Assembly: GCA_947452995.1 (NCBI GenBank)
Contig: CANGEV010000007.1
Location: forward strand, 1,143-65,142
Length of the DNA stretch: 64,000 nt
Direction of reading: 5' to 3'
Origin: Chitinophagales bacterium
GTDB lineage: Bacteria > Bacteroidota > Bacteroidia > Chitinophagales > CAIODY01
A program made the position numbers and the translations under genes. The notes beneath the pieces are model-generated. The model had not been told where the DNA came from. It saw only the letters and a program-made list of their open reading frames with translations, and searched no databases. Every line of letters starts with the position of its first letter. The first letter of the stretch is position 1. Below are positions 9,008 through 17,406 of this stretch, one piece after another.

Positions 9008-12000
9008 ATGCGTCAAATTCTGGTTTTTATTTTTGTATTACTTGTTGGATTTCCAAGATTGTCGAACGCACAGGAAATTGTCTTTGATACAAAAGATCCT
9101 GCTGCTTTTCTTAAGCAATTAGAAAAAGAAATCAAGGCAACACAAGTAGAAGTCTATAAGGACTTTTACAAGGATTTAGAAAGAGCTTATGAAAAGGACG
9201 CCTTAGTTACGGCCACTGATTTATCAGCCATGGCGAACGGATGTAATCGTTTCACTACAGCAAAGCTTAGATTTAATCCATTTCAAATTCAGTTTTTGCA
9301 ATACTATCTTCTTGCTAAGCAAAATAAAGTAGATCCGGCTTTTATACAGGCTTGGGATGATGTTTTGGGTGAAGTAATAACGCATATGAAGAAAGGCTTG
9401 ACAAAAGACTTGCTTAACTATTATAAGTTTACGCAAGCGATGTTTAGTAAAGGAGCCTTTATGGATTCTGGCGCAAAGCTTTGGAAGGGTACAGGAGAAT
9501 CACTAGAGCTATTGTATGATAAGGAACCTATTGTTAAATTAAATAATGGATCCTTGATTATTCAAGCTACGGGTGATACTTCAATCATTTCGAATACAAG
9601 TGGAACATGGTATGTGTTTGCGGAAAAATTTGTAGGGGATCATGGTATGATGGATTGGCGCAAAGCTGGCTTGGATTCATTAAGTGTATATTGTAAATTC
9701 AATAAATATGTAGTAGAAGTTAATAAAGCGGAGTTCCGTGTAGATACTGTACTCTTTCATAATGCTCAGTTTTTGAAAAAGGATCTTGTTGGAAGTCTAA
9801 CTGACAAAGTATTATCTAAGGCGGTTGGTACAAAAAATGCTAACTTTCCTCGTTTTGATTGTAGAGAAAAATTTGACTTTGAAGAGTTTTCACCTGGGGT
9901 AAAATTACGTGCTGGCTATACACAGCAAGGTGCTCGCGTCGTTGGAGTAGGTTCGAAAGACGAACCGGCTAGCTTGATTTTCTATAATGGGCAAAAGAAA
10001 AAGGTCGCTGCCGCAAGTGCTGCAAATTTTGTGATTAAAAAGGGAACAGAAATTACCGCGTCGAGCGCTGTGGTGAAATTGTATATGCATGACGATTCCA
10101 TTTATCATCCCGGAGCTGGTTTTAAATTCAATATACCGGATAGAATAATACGTTTAGATCGCGGTGGATTGGGTGTAAACAAAGTGAAATTCTATGATTC
10201 TTACCATAAATTAGAAATCGGCTCGGAGGTATTGTTGTGGAAAATCGATAGTACTCAAATGTATTTTTCTAATGTAACGGGTAGTGGAAAAACGGCCAGC
10301 AATTTTCAATCGCAAGATTTTTTTGAACCAGGAGAATTAGAAAAATATACTAACGTAGCAGACTTTAATCCAATCGCCGTTTTAAGCCTTTATTGTGAAA
10401 GAAATAAAGTGACTGGTATGGATGCGGAAGATTTAGCACATGCTTGTAATAAGAACTATACTGAAGAAACAATTAAGGGTACCTTGTATTCTATGATGGA
10501 AGATGGTTTTGTCTTCTACGATGAAAATCATCATTGGGTTGAAATGATGCCTAAAACTACTTTATATGTGAAAGCTTATCGAAAGATCAGTGATTATGAT
10601 AAGATTAGTTTTAATTCCTTACAACCCAATGGTGCGAACGGTGTCTTGGACATGAACAAGAATACCATCAATATAAACGGTGTCGATAAAATTGTTGTTT
10701 CTGATTCCAATGATGTTATTTTCTTTCCGAACGAAAGTGACCTTCAATTAGCCAAAGGACGAGATATTAAATTTAGCGGCTTATTACATGGCGCAAGAGC
10801 GGATATCTTGGCGAAGGACTTTCAGTTCGATTACGAAAAATTTAGAGTGCATATTAAAGATGGTGATTCGTTACTGATTCATGTACCGATAATGAGTAAA
10901 GATGGATTTAATACACCACAGTTAAAACCTGTTAAGACCTTTATCTGTAAAATTAATGGCGACTTTATAATAGACGCTCCAAAGAATAAATCGAGTCGCG
11001 TACGTCTATGGAAGTACCCAACATTAAAGACAACTGAACCTAGTTTTACATTCTATGAAAGTCCGAAAATTCATAATAATGCCTATAAGCGTGATGTGTT
11101 TTATTTTAAGTTGGACACGTTTACCCTTGATAGTTTACTAAGTTTTGATATCAATGGGATTCGTTTCCCGGGAATATTTAATTCTGGAGGAATTATGCCA
11201 GAGATGAAGCAGACGCTTACCTTACAAAAAGATCTTTCGCTTGGCTTTCATGGTAAAACGGCTCCGGAAGGTATGTCAGTTTATAATGGAAAAGGAACCT
11301 TCATTGGGGAGTATGATCTTTCTAATAATGGATTGTACGGAGATGGTACCATTTCCTATATTTCAAGCAAAGCACAGGCTAAAGGAATTCTCTTTATGCC
11401 GGATTCATTAAATGCTCGAGCTTATCAATTTGACCAAGTTGCAACTGCAGGCACCGTTGAATTTCCAGAAGTACATAATCAATCTACCTTCATACATTGG
11501 GAGCCTAAGAATGACCGTCTGCTAGCTTCAATGGATACAAGTCAGTTTAAGGTGTTCGGTAATTTTGCTAAGTCAACGGGCACCTTAACGATCACTCCCA
11601 AGTGCATGTTTGGAAATGGTTTGTTAGACTGGAAAGAAGGAACGCTTCAATCTTCTCTAATGAAATATGGCAAAATGAGCGTAAGTGCGGATACGGCTAA
11701 TCTTGTGATTCGTGAATTAGATCAGATTCATAGCGCGTATGAAGCAAAAGATTTGAATGCAAAAATTGATTTTGAAAAAAGGGTAGGCGACTTCGTGATG
11801 AATACACCTGGATTGCCAACTGACTTTGTTACACATCAGTTCAGTACCACGATGGATCGATTCCATTGGGATATGAATCAACAAGCTGTGGACTTTCAAA
11901 ATAAAACGAATAAGGATACCGCTTGGATGATTTCTAAAAATCCTGCACAGAACGGTTTGCGTTTCCCTGTGGTTACCGCTCAATATCAATTGGGACGTAA

Positions 12001-13480
12001 TTTGATTCAAGCAAAAGGCGTATCAGGTATTCATCTCGGAGATGCGTATGTAATGCCTGATAGTGGATATGTTTATATAGAGCCAAAAGCTGCTATTCGC
12101 CCTTTGAAGAATGCAAAGATTAATTGTGATACCATTAATAACTATCACAAGATTTACGAAGCAAACGTTCAAGTTATTAGCAAGGATCAATACCTCGCTA
12201 CAAATGCTAAGTATGACTTCAATAGTAAAGTAACTGGTAAACAAGTATTGCAGGTCGATTCACTCTTTATGCGTGAAACCGCTGGTAAATGGAGTTCGTA
12301 TGGTTTTGCAAATATTAAAGCGGATCAGAATTTTGCATTGAACAAGAAGATGACCTTCAAAGGGTATTTCAAATTTGATGCACAACAAAAAGATCCTTCC
12401 TTAGATGGGTTTGCGCGTTTAAAATTAAATACGACTACGATACGTACAGATTGGTTTTCACTTAACTCAGTTATACGTGCCGATTCTGGAAACTTTAATG
12501 TGTATCAACCACGTAATGAATTGGGCTCTCCGTTGTATTTTGGTATTATGCGTGGCGCCTTCGACACATTAGGTTTGTATCCAAGTATTTTTGCGGCAGC
12601 AGCGAATCCATTAGATAAGGTTGTTTTTCGCCCACAAGGCTTTTTACAATATAATCCTGCTTCCAATGAAATTGTGTACGGCAGTAGCGCTAAGTTAAAT
12701 GAACAAACGCGTCGTGGTGATTATTTGAAATTTAATGATGCGAATAATCGACTTTATGGTGAAGGTAAATTCGACTTCGGATTAAATCTCGGAGCGCCAA
12801 TTGATTTAGTTACGGTGGGTAATGTCACCGCAGATTTAAATAAGAATTCGCAAATTTATAATTTGTGCTTAGGCTTAAAATTAGATCTTCCAAAGGAGAT
12901 GATGGATGTAATGATTAAGGATTGGGTCGATCTAACCGCAGATAAAAATGACGTGGATTATAAAGCGCCATGGATCGGAAATGCCCTTGCAGAATTACTT
13001 ACAGATCGCGAATTGAAGAAAGCTTTGAAAAATGTAGAGGAAGATGCAGAAAATGCAAAACTCGAATTGCCGCGTGACTTCCCATATACTTTCTTTTTGA
13101 CGAATGTAAAAATGGGTTATGATCCCTATTCTAACTCGTTGAAAGGTGTTGGGAATGTTGGTGTCACAACGGTTGGCGGTCAGTATTTTGGTAAACAAAT
13201 CTATGCGTATATCGAAATTGATTTGAAAAAATCAGGCGACAATTTCACGATTTTATTCGAAACAAGTGAGGCTGATTGGTATTACTTTGCTTACGCGAAT
13301 CACGTATTGCAAGTGCTTTCATCTAACGAAGCCTTTACAACGCCTATTCCGAAAATAACGCCAGAAAAACGTACGATTAAGGATCCTGCAGTTCCAACGC
13401 GTTACTATATCTATCAACAATCTCCAGAAGTTAAGAAACGTCAATTTAAAGAACACTTGCGTAATTATCGTTATCAATAA
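9008..13480 (+). CDS. Large secreted protein of unknown function (1490 aa)
   Basis: Uninterrupted 4.47-kb ORF. Signal peptide MRQILVFIFVLLVGFPRLSNA-QE. No motif I can assign, no internal repeats, no T9SS CTD. 6 nt after tpiA and 5 nt before pyrD. Confidence 0.7.
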   Translation: MRQILVFIFVLLVGFPRLSNAQEIVFDTKDPAAFLKQLEKEIKATQVEVYKDFYKDLERAYEKDALVTATDLSAMANGCNRFTTAKLRFNPFQIQFLQYYLLAKQNKVDPAFIQAWDDVLGEVITHMKKGLTKDLLNYYKFTQAMFSKGAFMDSGAKLWKGTGESLELLYDKEPIVKLNNGSLIIQATGDTSIISNTSGTWYVFAEKFVGDHGMMDWRKAGLDSLSVYCKFNKYVVEVNKAEFRVDTVLFHNAQFLKKDLVGSLTDKVLSKAVGTKNANFPRFDCREKFDFEEFSPGVKLRAGYTQQGARVVGVGSKDEPASLIFYNGQKKKVAAASAANFVIKKGTEITASSAVVKLYMHDDSIYHPGAGFKFNIPDRIIRLDRGGLGVNKVKFYDSYHKLEIGSEVLLWKIDSTQMYFSNVTGSGKTASNFQSQDFFEPGELEKYTNVADFNPIAVLSLYCERNKVTGMDAEDLAHACNKNYTEETIKGTLYSMMEDGFVFYDENHHWVEMMPKTTLYVKAYRKISDYDKISFNSLQPNGANGVLDMNKNTININGVDKIVVSDSNDVIFFPNESDLQLAKGRDIKFSGLLHGARADILAKDFQFDYEKFRVHIKDGDSLLIHVPIMSKDGFNTPQLKPVKTFICKINGDFIIDAPKNKSSRVRLWKYPTLKTTEPSFTFYESPKIHNNAYKRDVFYFKLDTFTLDSLLSFDINGIRFPGIFNSGGIMPEMKQTLTLQKDLSLGFHGKTAPEGMSVYNGKGTFIGEYDLSNNGLYGDGTISYISSKAQAKGILFMPDSLNARAYQFDQVATAGTVEFPEVHNQSTFIHWEPKNDRLLASMDTSQFKVFGNFAKSTGTLTITPKCMFGNGLLDWKEGTLQSSLMKYGKMSVSADTANLVIRELDQIHSAYEAKDLNAKIDFEKRVGDFVMNTPGLPTDFVTHQFSTTMDRFHWDMNQQAVDFQNKTNKDTAWMISKNPAQNGLRFPVVTAQYQLGRNLIQAKGVSGIHLGDAYVMPDSGYVYIEPKAAIRPLKNAKINCDTINNYHKIYEANVQVISKDQYLATNAKYDFNSKVTGKQVLQVDSLFMRETAGKWSSYGFANIKADQNFALNKKMTFKGYFKFDAQQKDPSLDGFARLKLNTTTIRTDWFSLNSVIRADSGNFNVYQPRNELGSPLYFGIMRGAFDTLGLYPSIFAAAANPLDKVVFRPQGFLQYNPASNEIVYGSSAKLNEQTRRGDYLKFNDANNRLYGEGKFDFGLNLGAPIDLVTVGNVTADLNKNSQIYNLCLGLKLDLPKEMMDVMIKDWVDLTADKNDVDYKAPWIGNALAELLTDRELKKALKNVEEDAENAKLELPRDFPYTFFLTNVKMGYDPYSNSLKGVGNVGVTTVGGQYFGKQIYAYIEIDLKKSGDNFTILFETSEADWYYFAYANHVLQVLSSNEAFTTPIPKITPEKRTIKDPAVPTRYYIYQQSPEVKKRQFKEHLRNYRYQ

Positions 13481-13485
13481 GCTCT

Positions 13486-14499
13486 ATGTATAAGTCAATC
13501 ATTCGTCCGATATTATTTCGATTCCCTGCTGAAAAAGCGCACCATTTAACCTTTGCAGGATTAAACCTGTTGAGTGCTTTACCATTGGTGAAACGTATGA
13601 TGAAAGCGCGTGTCCCTAAGGTAAAGTCGACCAACCTATTCGGAATTGAATTTCCTAATCCAATTGGACTGGCAGCCGGCTTAGATAAGAATGCTTTATT
13701 GATTGATTCTTGGGAAATGTTCGGATTTGGATTTATCGAACTTGGCACGATTACACCGCTCGCACAAGATGGTAATCCGCAACCACGGTTGTTTCGTATT
13801 CCGCAAGACAAAGCCTTGATTAATCGGATGGGTTTTAATAATGATGGGATGTTGGTGATTGCAGAACGATTGAAAAATAGAACGTCTAAAATTATTGTTG
13901 GTGGAAATATTGGTAAAAATAAAATTACGCCAAATGAAGACGCCGCTTCTGATTATGTGAAATGCTTTGAGACGTTATATCCTTACGTTGATTATTTCGT
14001 GTGCAATGTTTCTTCTCCTAATACTCCTGGTTTACGTGCCTTGCAGGAGAAAGGGCCTTTATTAGAATTACTGAATGTGGTTCAAGCTGCAAATTCGAAA
14101 AAAGAAAAACCTAAACCGATTTTATTAAAAATTGCGCCCGATTTAACCGCCGAAGCAATACTTGAAATCGTTGATATTTTGCATGAATCAAAATTGGATG
14201 GAGTAATTGCTACTAATACAACTATCGACCGAACTGCGTTAACATGTGGTGCTGAAAGAATTGATCAAATTGGTGCAGGAGGATTAAGTGGTGCTCCGTT
14301 AACAAATAAGGCTACAGAAGTAGTTCGTTTACTTCGCCAACATACAAGTTTACCAATCATCGCTTCGGGAGGTATTATGACTGCCGACGATGCTATGGCG
14401 AAGTTTGATGCAGGTGCCAATCTCGTGCAGCTCTATACTGGTTTTATTTATGAAGGTCCCGCGCTGGTTCAACAAATTTTGAAGCGTCTGCCAAAATGA
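13486..14499 (+). CDS. pyrD: Dihydroorotate dehydrogenase (quinone), class 2
   Basis: GFGFIELGTITP, NVSSPNTPGLR and GGLSG motifs. 337 aa. Confidence 0.95.
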   Translation: MYKSIIRPILFRFPAEKAHHLTFAGLNLLSALPLVKRMMKARVPKVKSTNLFGIEFPNPIGLAAGLDKNALLIDSWEMFGFGFIELGTITPLAQDGNPQPRLFRIPQDKALINRMGFNNDGMLVIAERLKNRTSKIIVGGNIGKNKITPNEDAASDYVKCFETLYPYVDYFVCNVSSPNTPGLRALQEKGPLLELLNVVQAANSKKEKPKPILLKIAPDLTAEAILEIVDILHESKLDGVIATNTTIDRTALTCGAERIDQIGAGGLSGAPLTNKATEVVRLLRQHTSLPIIASGGIMTADDAMAKFDAGANLVQLYTGFIYEGPALVQQILKRLPK

Positions 14500-15737
14500 T
14501 ACTGAAACTCTACAGTTTACTTATTCATGTGTATGGGTTATTAATCCGTCTCGCCGCTGTGCGTTCCAAACAAGCTAAGCTTTGGGTAAAAGGTAGGGCT
14601 GATTGGAGAAATCACTATGCACGTCAATTGCAAAATTGTCAGCAACCTATTTGGATACATTGTGCTTCTCTTGGAGAATTCGAACAGGGTCGGCCGTTAA
14701 TTGAAAAGTTGCGCTCCAGCTATCCTGACAAACCAATTGTATTAACGTTTTTCTCTCCTTCAGGTTTTGAAGTGCGTAAAGAATATGACAAAGTGGATCA
14801 TGTTCTTTACTTGCCACTAGATACGGAGCAGAATGCAATTGATTTTGTCGAACTGCTCAATCCTCGTTTAGTTTTATTTGTGAAGTATGAATTTTGGTTT
14901 AATTATCTCAATGTACTGCATAAGAAGGCAATTCCTGTTGTTTATTTTTCTACTATATTTCGAGTTAATCATTTTCTGTTCAAGTGGCCAGGTAAATCTT
15001 TTTTGCCTTTATTAAAGTCATGTCAAAAGATATTTGTTCAAGACGAAGATTCATTAGAGCGTTTACAGCAGTTTCAATTCACAAATGTTTCATTAGCCTT
15101 TGACACGCGTTTTGATAGGGTTTGGAATACTGCACAATCAGCAAATGAGGATAGTATTATCAAGGAATTTACTTGCAAAAGAAAGTTGTTAATGTTAGGG
15201 AGTTCTTGGGCACTTGATATTGAAGCACTGGCATATTTACTTCCTGATTTCGATTTCAAAAATTGGTGTATTGCGATTGCCCCACACCATATAGATACCG
15301 CTAGTTTGGATGAATTAACATGCCAACTTGTGGATGTCGAACAAAAACAATTTTATACTGATTTTAATGCCGAAGTAAAATCTGATGTTTTAATTATTAA
15401 TACCATGGGGAAGTTGTCGGCCCTCTACAAAATGGCTGACGTCGTTTTCGTAGGTGGTGGTTTTGGCAAAGCGGTTCACAATGTATTAGAGCCCGCAGTA
15501 TTTGCAAAACCGATTATTTGTGGACCACAAATTCATAAGTTTAAAGAGGTACTTGATCTTGCCTCAGCAAATGGAGTTTCAGTTTTAAATCAAGTTGAAG
15601 ATTTAAAAGCTACTTGGACAAAAATTGAAAGAGATACTACTCTTCGCGATTCAATGGGTAAAACTAACTTCGAATATGTAAAAAGTCGTCTAGGGGGTGC
15701 AGATACAATTTTTAACTATTTGCATACCTTCTTATAA
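14496..15737 (+). CDS. waaA: 3-deoxy-D-manno-octulosonic acid (Kdo) transferase
   Basis: WIHCASLGEFEQGRPLIEKL motif, 413 aa, GT30 layout. ATGA overlap with pyrD. Confidence 0.85.
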   Translation: MILKLYSLLIHVYGLLIRLAAVRSKQAKLWVKGRADWRNHYARQLQNCQQPIWIHCASLGEFEQGRPLIEKLRSSYPDKPIVLTFFSPSGFEVRKEYDKVDHVLYLPLDTEQNAIDFVELLNPRLVLFVKYEFWFNYLNVLHKKAIPVVYFSTIFRVNHFLFKWPGKSFLPLLKSCQKIFVQDEDSLERLQQFQFTNVSLAFDTRFDRVWNTAQSANEDSIIKEFTCKRKLLMLGSSWALDIEALAYLLPDFDFKNWCIAIAPHHIDTASLDELTCQLVDVEQKQFYTDFNAEVKSDVLIINTMGKLSALYKMADVVFVGGGFGKAVHNVLEPAVFAKPIICGPQIHKFKEVLDLASANGVSVLNQVEDLKATWTKIERDTTLRDSMGKTNFEYVKSRLGGADTIFNYLHTFL

Positions 15738-16491
15738 GATAAACTTCTAACTGTTCTAGCGTTTTGTGGTTTTGTTCCCATTCAGCACGTTTATAATTAT
15801 TATGTAAATGTTGAAGTGCTGCATCAAGATTTGCGCAATGGTTTAAATTAACGATTGCTTGATTGAATTTAGCAGCGTCTCCGCCAAATAATTGGGCAAT
15901 AAACAAAAAGCGATCGTTTGTTCCGATAGCCGATTTTAAATCGTTGATAGGTTTTAACGTAAGTTGTTCTCCTAAATTGCTTGGCTTATTATTGTATTGG
16001 TCGTTGATTGAATTTGTAGTTGTTGTATTAGAACTAGAACTCGCTGTTATTGCATGTTGAGTTTCTGTTGGTGCAATTGTGCTTGTTACGATAGGCGCTG
16101 CTTCTTTGGTTCCATTTTCAATTGGGGCTGCCGACACAATTGAAAATGGTACAACTTCAGGAACTTCTTCAATGATAGGTGCTATAACATCGGATTCCAC
16201 ATTAGGGACTTCAATTGGAAGGGGAGAGGCTGTTTCAGCTATTGGGGCTTCTTGCGCGGGTGCAATTATTTCTTCAACTGTAGATGTTTTTTCTTCAATA
16301 GGAGTTTGTATGACTTCTAAGTCGACTTCATCTTCTTCACTAGCCAATTGTATGGAATCAGTTATGCGCGTCATTTCTTTGGCTAATTCATCTCTCATGA
16401 CTTTAATTGCGTGCCATTGTTCTAATTGTCGGGCTTCTAAAATTTCTAATTTAGCCTCTAATTGTTTTAAAAAAATGATTTGCTCTAGCAT
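15712..16491 (-). CDS. Hypothetical protein: N-terminal coiled coil, Pro/Ala/Glu/Ile-rich linker, conserved C-terminal domain
   Basis: 259 aa. Heptad-like MLEQIIFLKQLEAKLEILEARQLEQ. C-terminal INDLKSAIGTNDRFLFIAQLFGGD...RRY segment resembles a domain I recall from other Bacteroidota hypotheticals. 3' end overlaps waaA by 26 nt. Confidence 0.6.
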   Translation of the reverse strand: MLEQIIFLKQLEAKLEILEARQLEQWHAIKVMRDELAKEMTRITDSIQLASEEDEVDLEVIQTPIEEKTSTVEEIIAPAQEAPIAETASPLPIEVPNVESDVIAPIIEEVPEVVPFSIVSAAPIENGTKEAAPIVTSTIAPTETQHAITASSSSNTTTTNSINDQYNNKPSNLGEQLTLKPINDLKSAIGTNDRFLFIAQLFGGDAAKFNQAIVNLNHCANLDAALQHLHNNYKRAEWEQNHKTLEQLEVYLIRRYANS

Positions 16492-16496
16492 ACTTA

Positions 16497-16504
16497 CAAA
16501 ACTA
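16497..16504 (-). promoter_or_regulatory. Candidate -7 box TAGTTTTG (minus strand) for the 15712-16491 gene
   Basis: Plus-strand CAAAACTA, 5 nt upstream of the ATG (16491). Confidence 0.3.
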
Positions 16505-16567
16505 AGATAAAGCCGTAAATTGCACTTCTATAAAATCAAAAAGTTTTAGAAGTTATACCACACAAAT

Positions 16568-17143
16568 ATGTTTATTGAACCTCAAATACCACACGAACAA
16601 ACAGGTTGGATTGAAGTAATCTGCGGAAGTATGTTTTCCGGCAAAACCGAAGAATTAATCCGCCGTTTAAAGCGAGTTAAAATTGCTAATCAGCCTGTCC
16701 AAATTTTTAAGCCCAAATTAGACACCCGCTATCATTCCGAGGATATTGTTTCGCATGATGATAATGCCATAAATTCACTACCGATTGCGCATTCTACTGA
16801 AATTCTTGAATTAGCCAAGGGGTATAAAGTGGTAGGGGTGGATGAAGCGCAGTTTTTTGACGAGCATTTGCCGGATGTGTGTGATCAATTGGCGCAGCAA
16901 GGTATTCGTGTTATTATCGCAGGTTTGGATATGGATTATACAGGCAAACCATTCGGGATTATGCCTACTTTGTTGGCTAAGGCAGAATATGTGACTAAAG
17001 TTCATGCAATATGTATGCGTTGTGGAAGTATTGCTAATTATAGTCATCGTATCGTTGGAGATGATTCTCCGATTTTATTGGGTTCTCAAAAGCAATATGA
17101 GCCCTTATGTCGTTCTTGTTTTGGCGCAATGCCTGAACATTAA
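16568..17143 (+). CDS. tdk: Thymidine kinase
   Basis: P-loop [19 protein letters not shown]-terminal zinc ribbon CMRCG...CRSC. Confidence 0.95.
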   Translation: MFIEPQIPHEQTGWIEVICGSMFSGKTEELIRRLKRVKIANQPVQIFKPKLDTRYHSEDIVSHDDNAINSLPIAHSTEILELAKGYKVVGVDEAQFFDEHLPDVCDQLAQQGIRVIIAGLDMDYTGKPFGIMPTLLAKAEYVTKVHAICMRCGSIANYSHRIVGDDSPILLGSQKQYEPLCRSCFGAMPEH

Positions 17144-17146
17144 TTT

Positions 17147-17175
17147 TGTAAATTTTAAAAAGATTTCTATCTTTG
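17147..17175 (+). promoter_or_regulatory. tRNA(CAU) promoter: -33 TTTG and -7 TATCTTTG
   Basis: TTTG at 17147-17150 and TATCTTTG at 17168-17175 (17-nt spacer), followed by the GC-rich GCGTCCC. Confidence 0.55.
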
Positions 17176-17212
17176 CGTCCCGAAACAAAACCAACCTTGG
17201 TTTCGGGTATCT

Positions 17213-17286
17213 GGTGGGGTAGCTCAGTTGGTTAGAGCACAGGATTCATAACCCTGAGGTCACGAGTTCAACTCTCGTTCCCACTA
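17213..17286 (+). tRNA. tRNA with CAU anticodon (Met, or Ile2 if lysidine-modified)
   Basis: Cloverleaf GGTGGGG-TA-GCTC-AGTTGGTTA-GAGC-A-CAGGA-TTCATAA-CCCTG-AGGTC-ACGAG-TTCAACT-CTCGT-TCCCACT-A. 74 nt, no encoded CCA. Confidence 0.85.
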
Positions 17287-17293
17287 CAAAAAA

Positions 17294-17320
17294 AGCCTCG
17301 GTCATTCGACTGAGGCTTTT
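17294..17320 (+). terminator. Intrinsic terminator after tRNA(CAU)
   Basis: 9-bp stem GCCTCGGTC/GACTGAGGC, loop ATTC, then TTTT. Confidence 0.7.
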
Positions 17321-17349
17321 CACTTTGTTAATGGATTAGTTAGGTTCTA

Positions 17350-17398
17350 GATTCATGCCCGTCAGTTGACTGGAACGTTTCAACGCTCGTTCCCGATA
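17350..17398 (+). other. Degenerate copy of the 3' half (anticodon loop to acceptor end) of the upstream tRNA(CAU)
   Basis: GATTCAT occurs at 17350-17356 and in the tRNA at 17243-17249. TTTCAACGCTCGTTCCCGATA (17378-17398) matches the tRNA segment GTTCAACTCTCGTTCCCACTA (17266-17286) at 17 of 21 positions. Confidence 0.45.
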
Positions 17399-17406
17399 AA
17401 ACCTTT

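Noticed and set aside
13446-13811. 121-aa minus-strand ORF
   Set aside because: It is antisense to the start of pyrD, which has unambiguous motifs, and to the end of the 1490-aa gene.
15863-16510. Plus-strand ORFs of 65 and 143 aa (Ser/Thr/Ala/Gly-rich)
   Set aside because: They are mirror images of the low-complexity linker of the minus-strand 15712-16491 gene. That gene has a coiled-coil N-terminus, a conserved-looking C-domain and a promoter-like box. The plus-strand products are featureless.
17179-17207. Hairpin considered as the tdk intrinsic terminator
   Set aside because: It lies downstream of the tRNA promoter -7 box and lacks a U-tract. It is reported instead as a tRNA leader structure.
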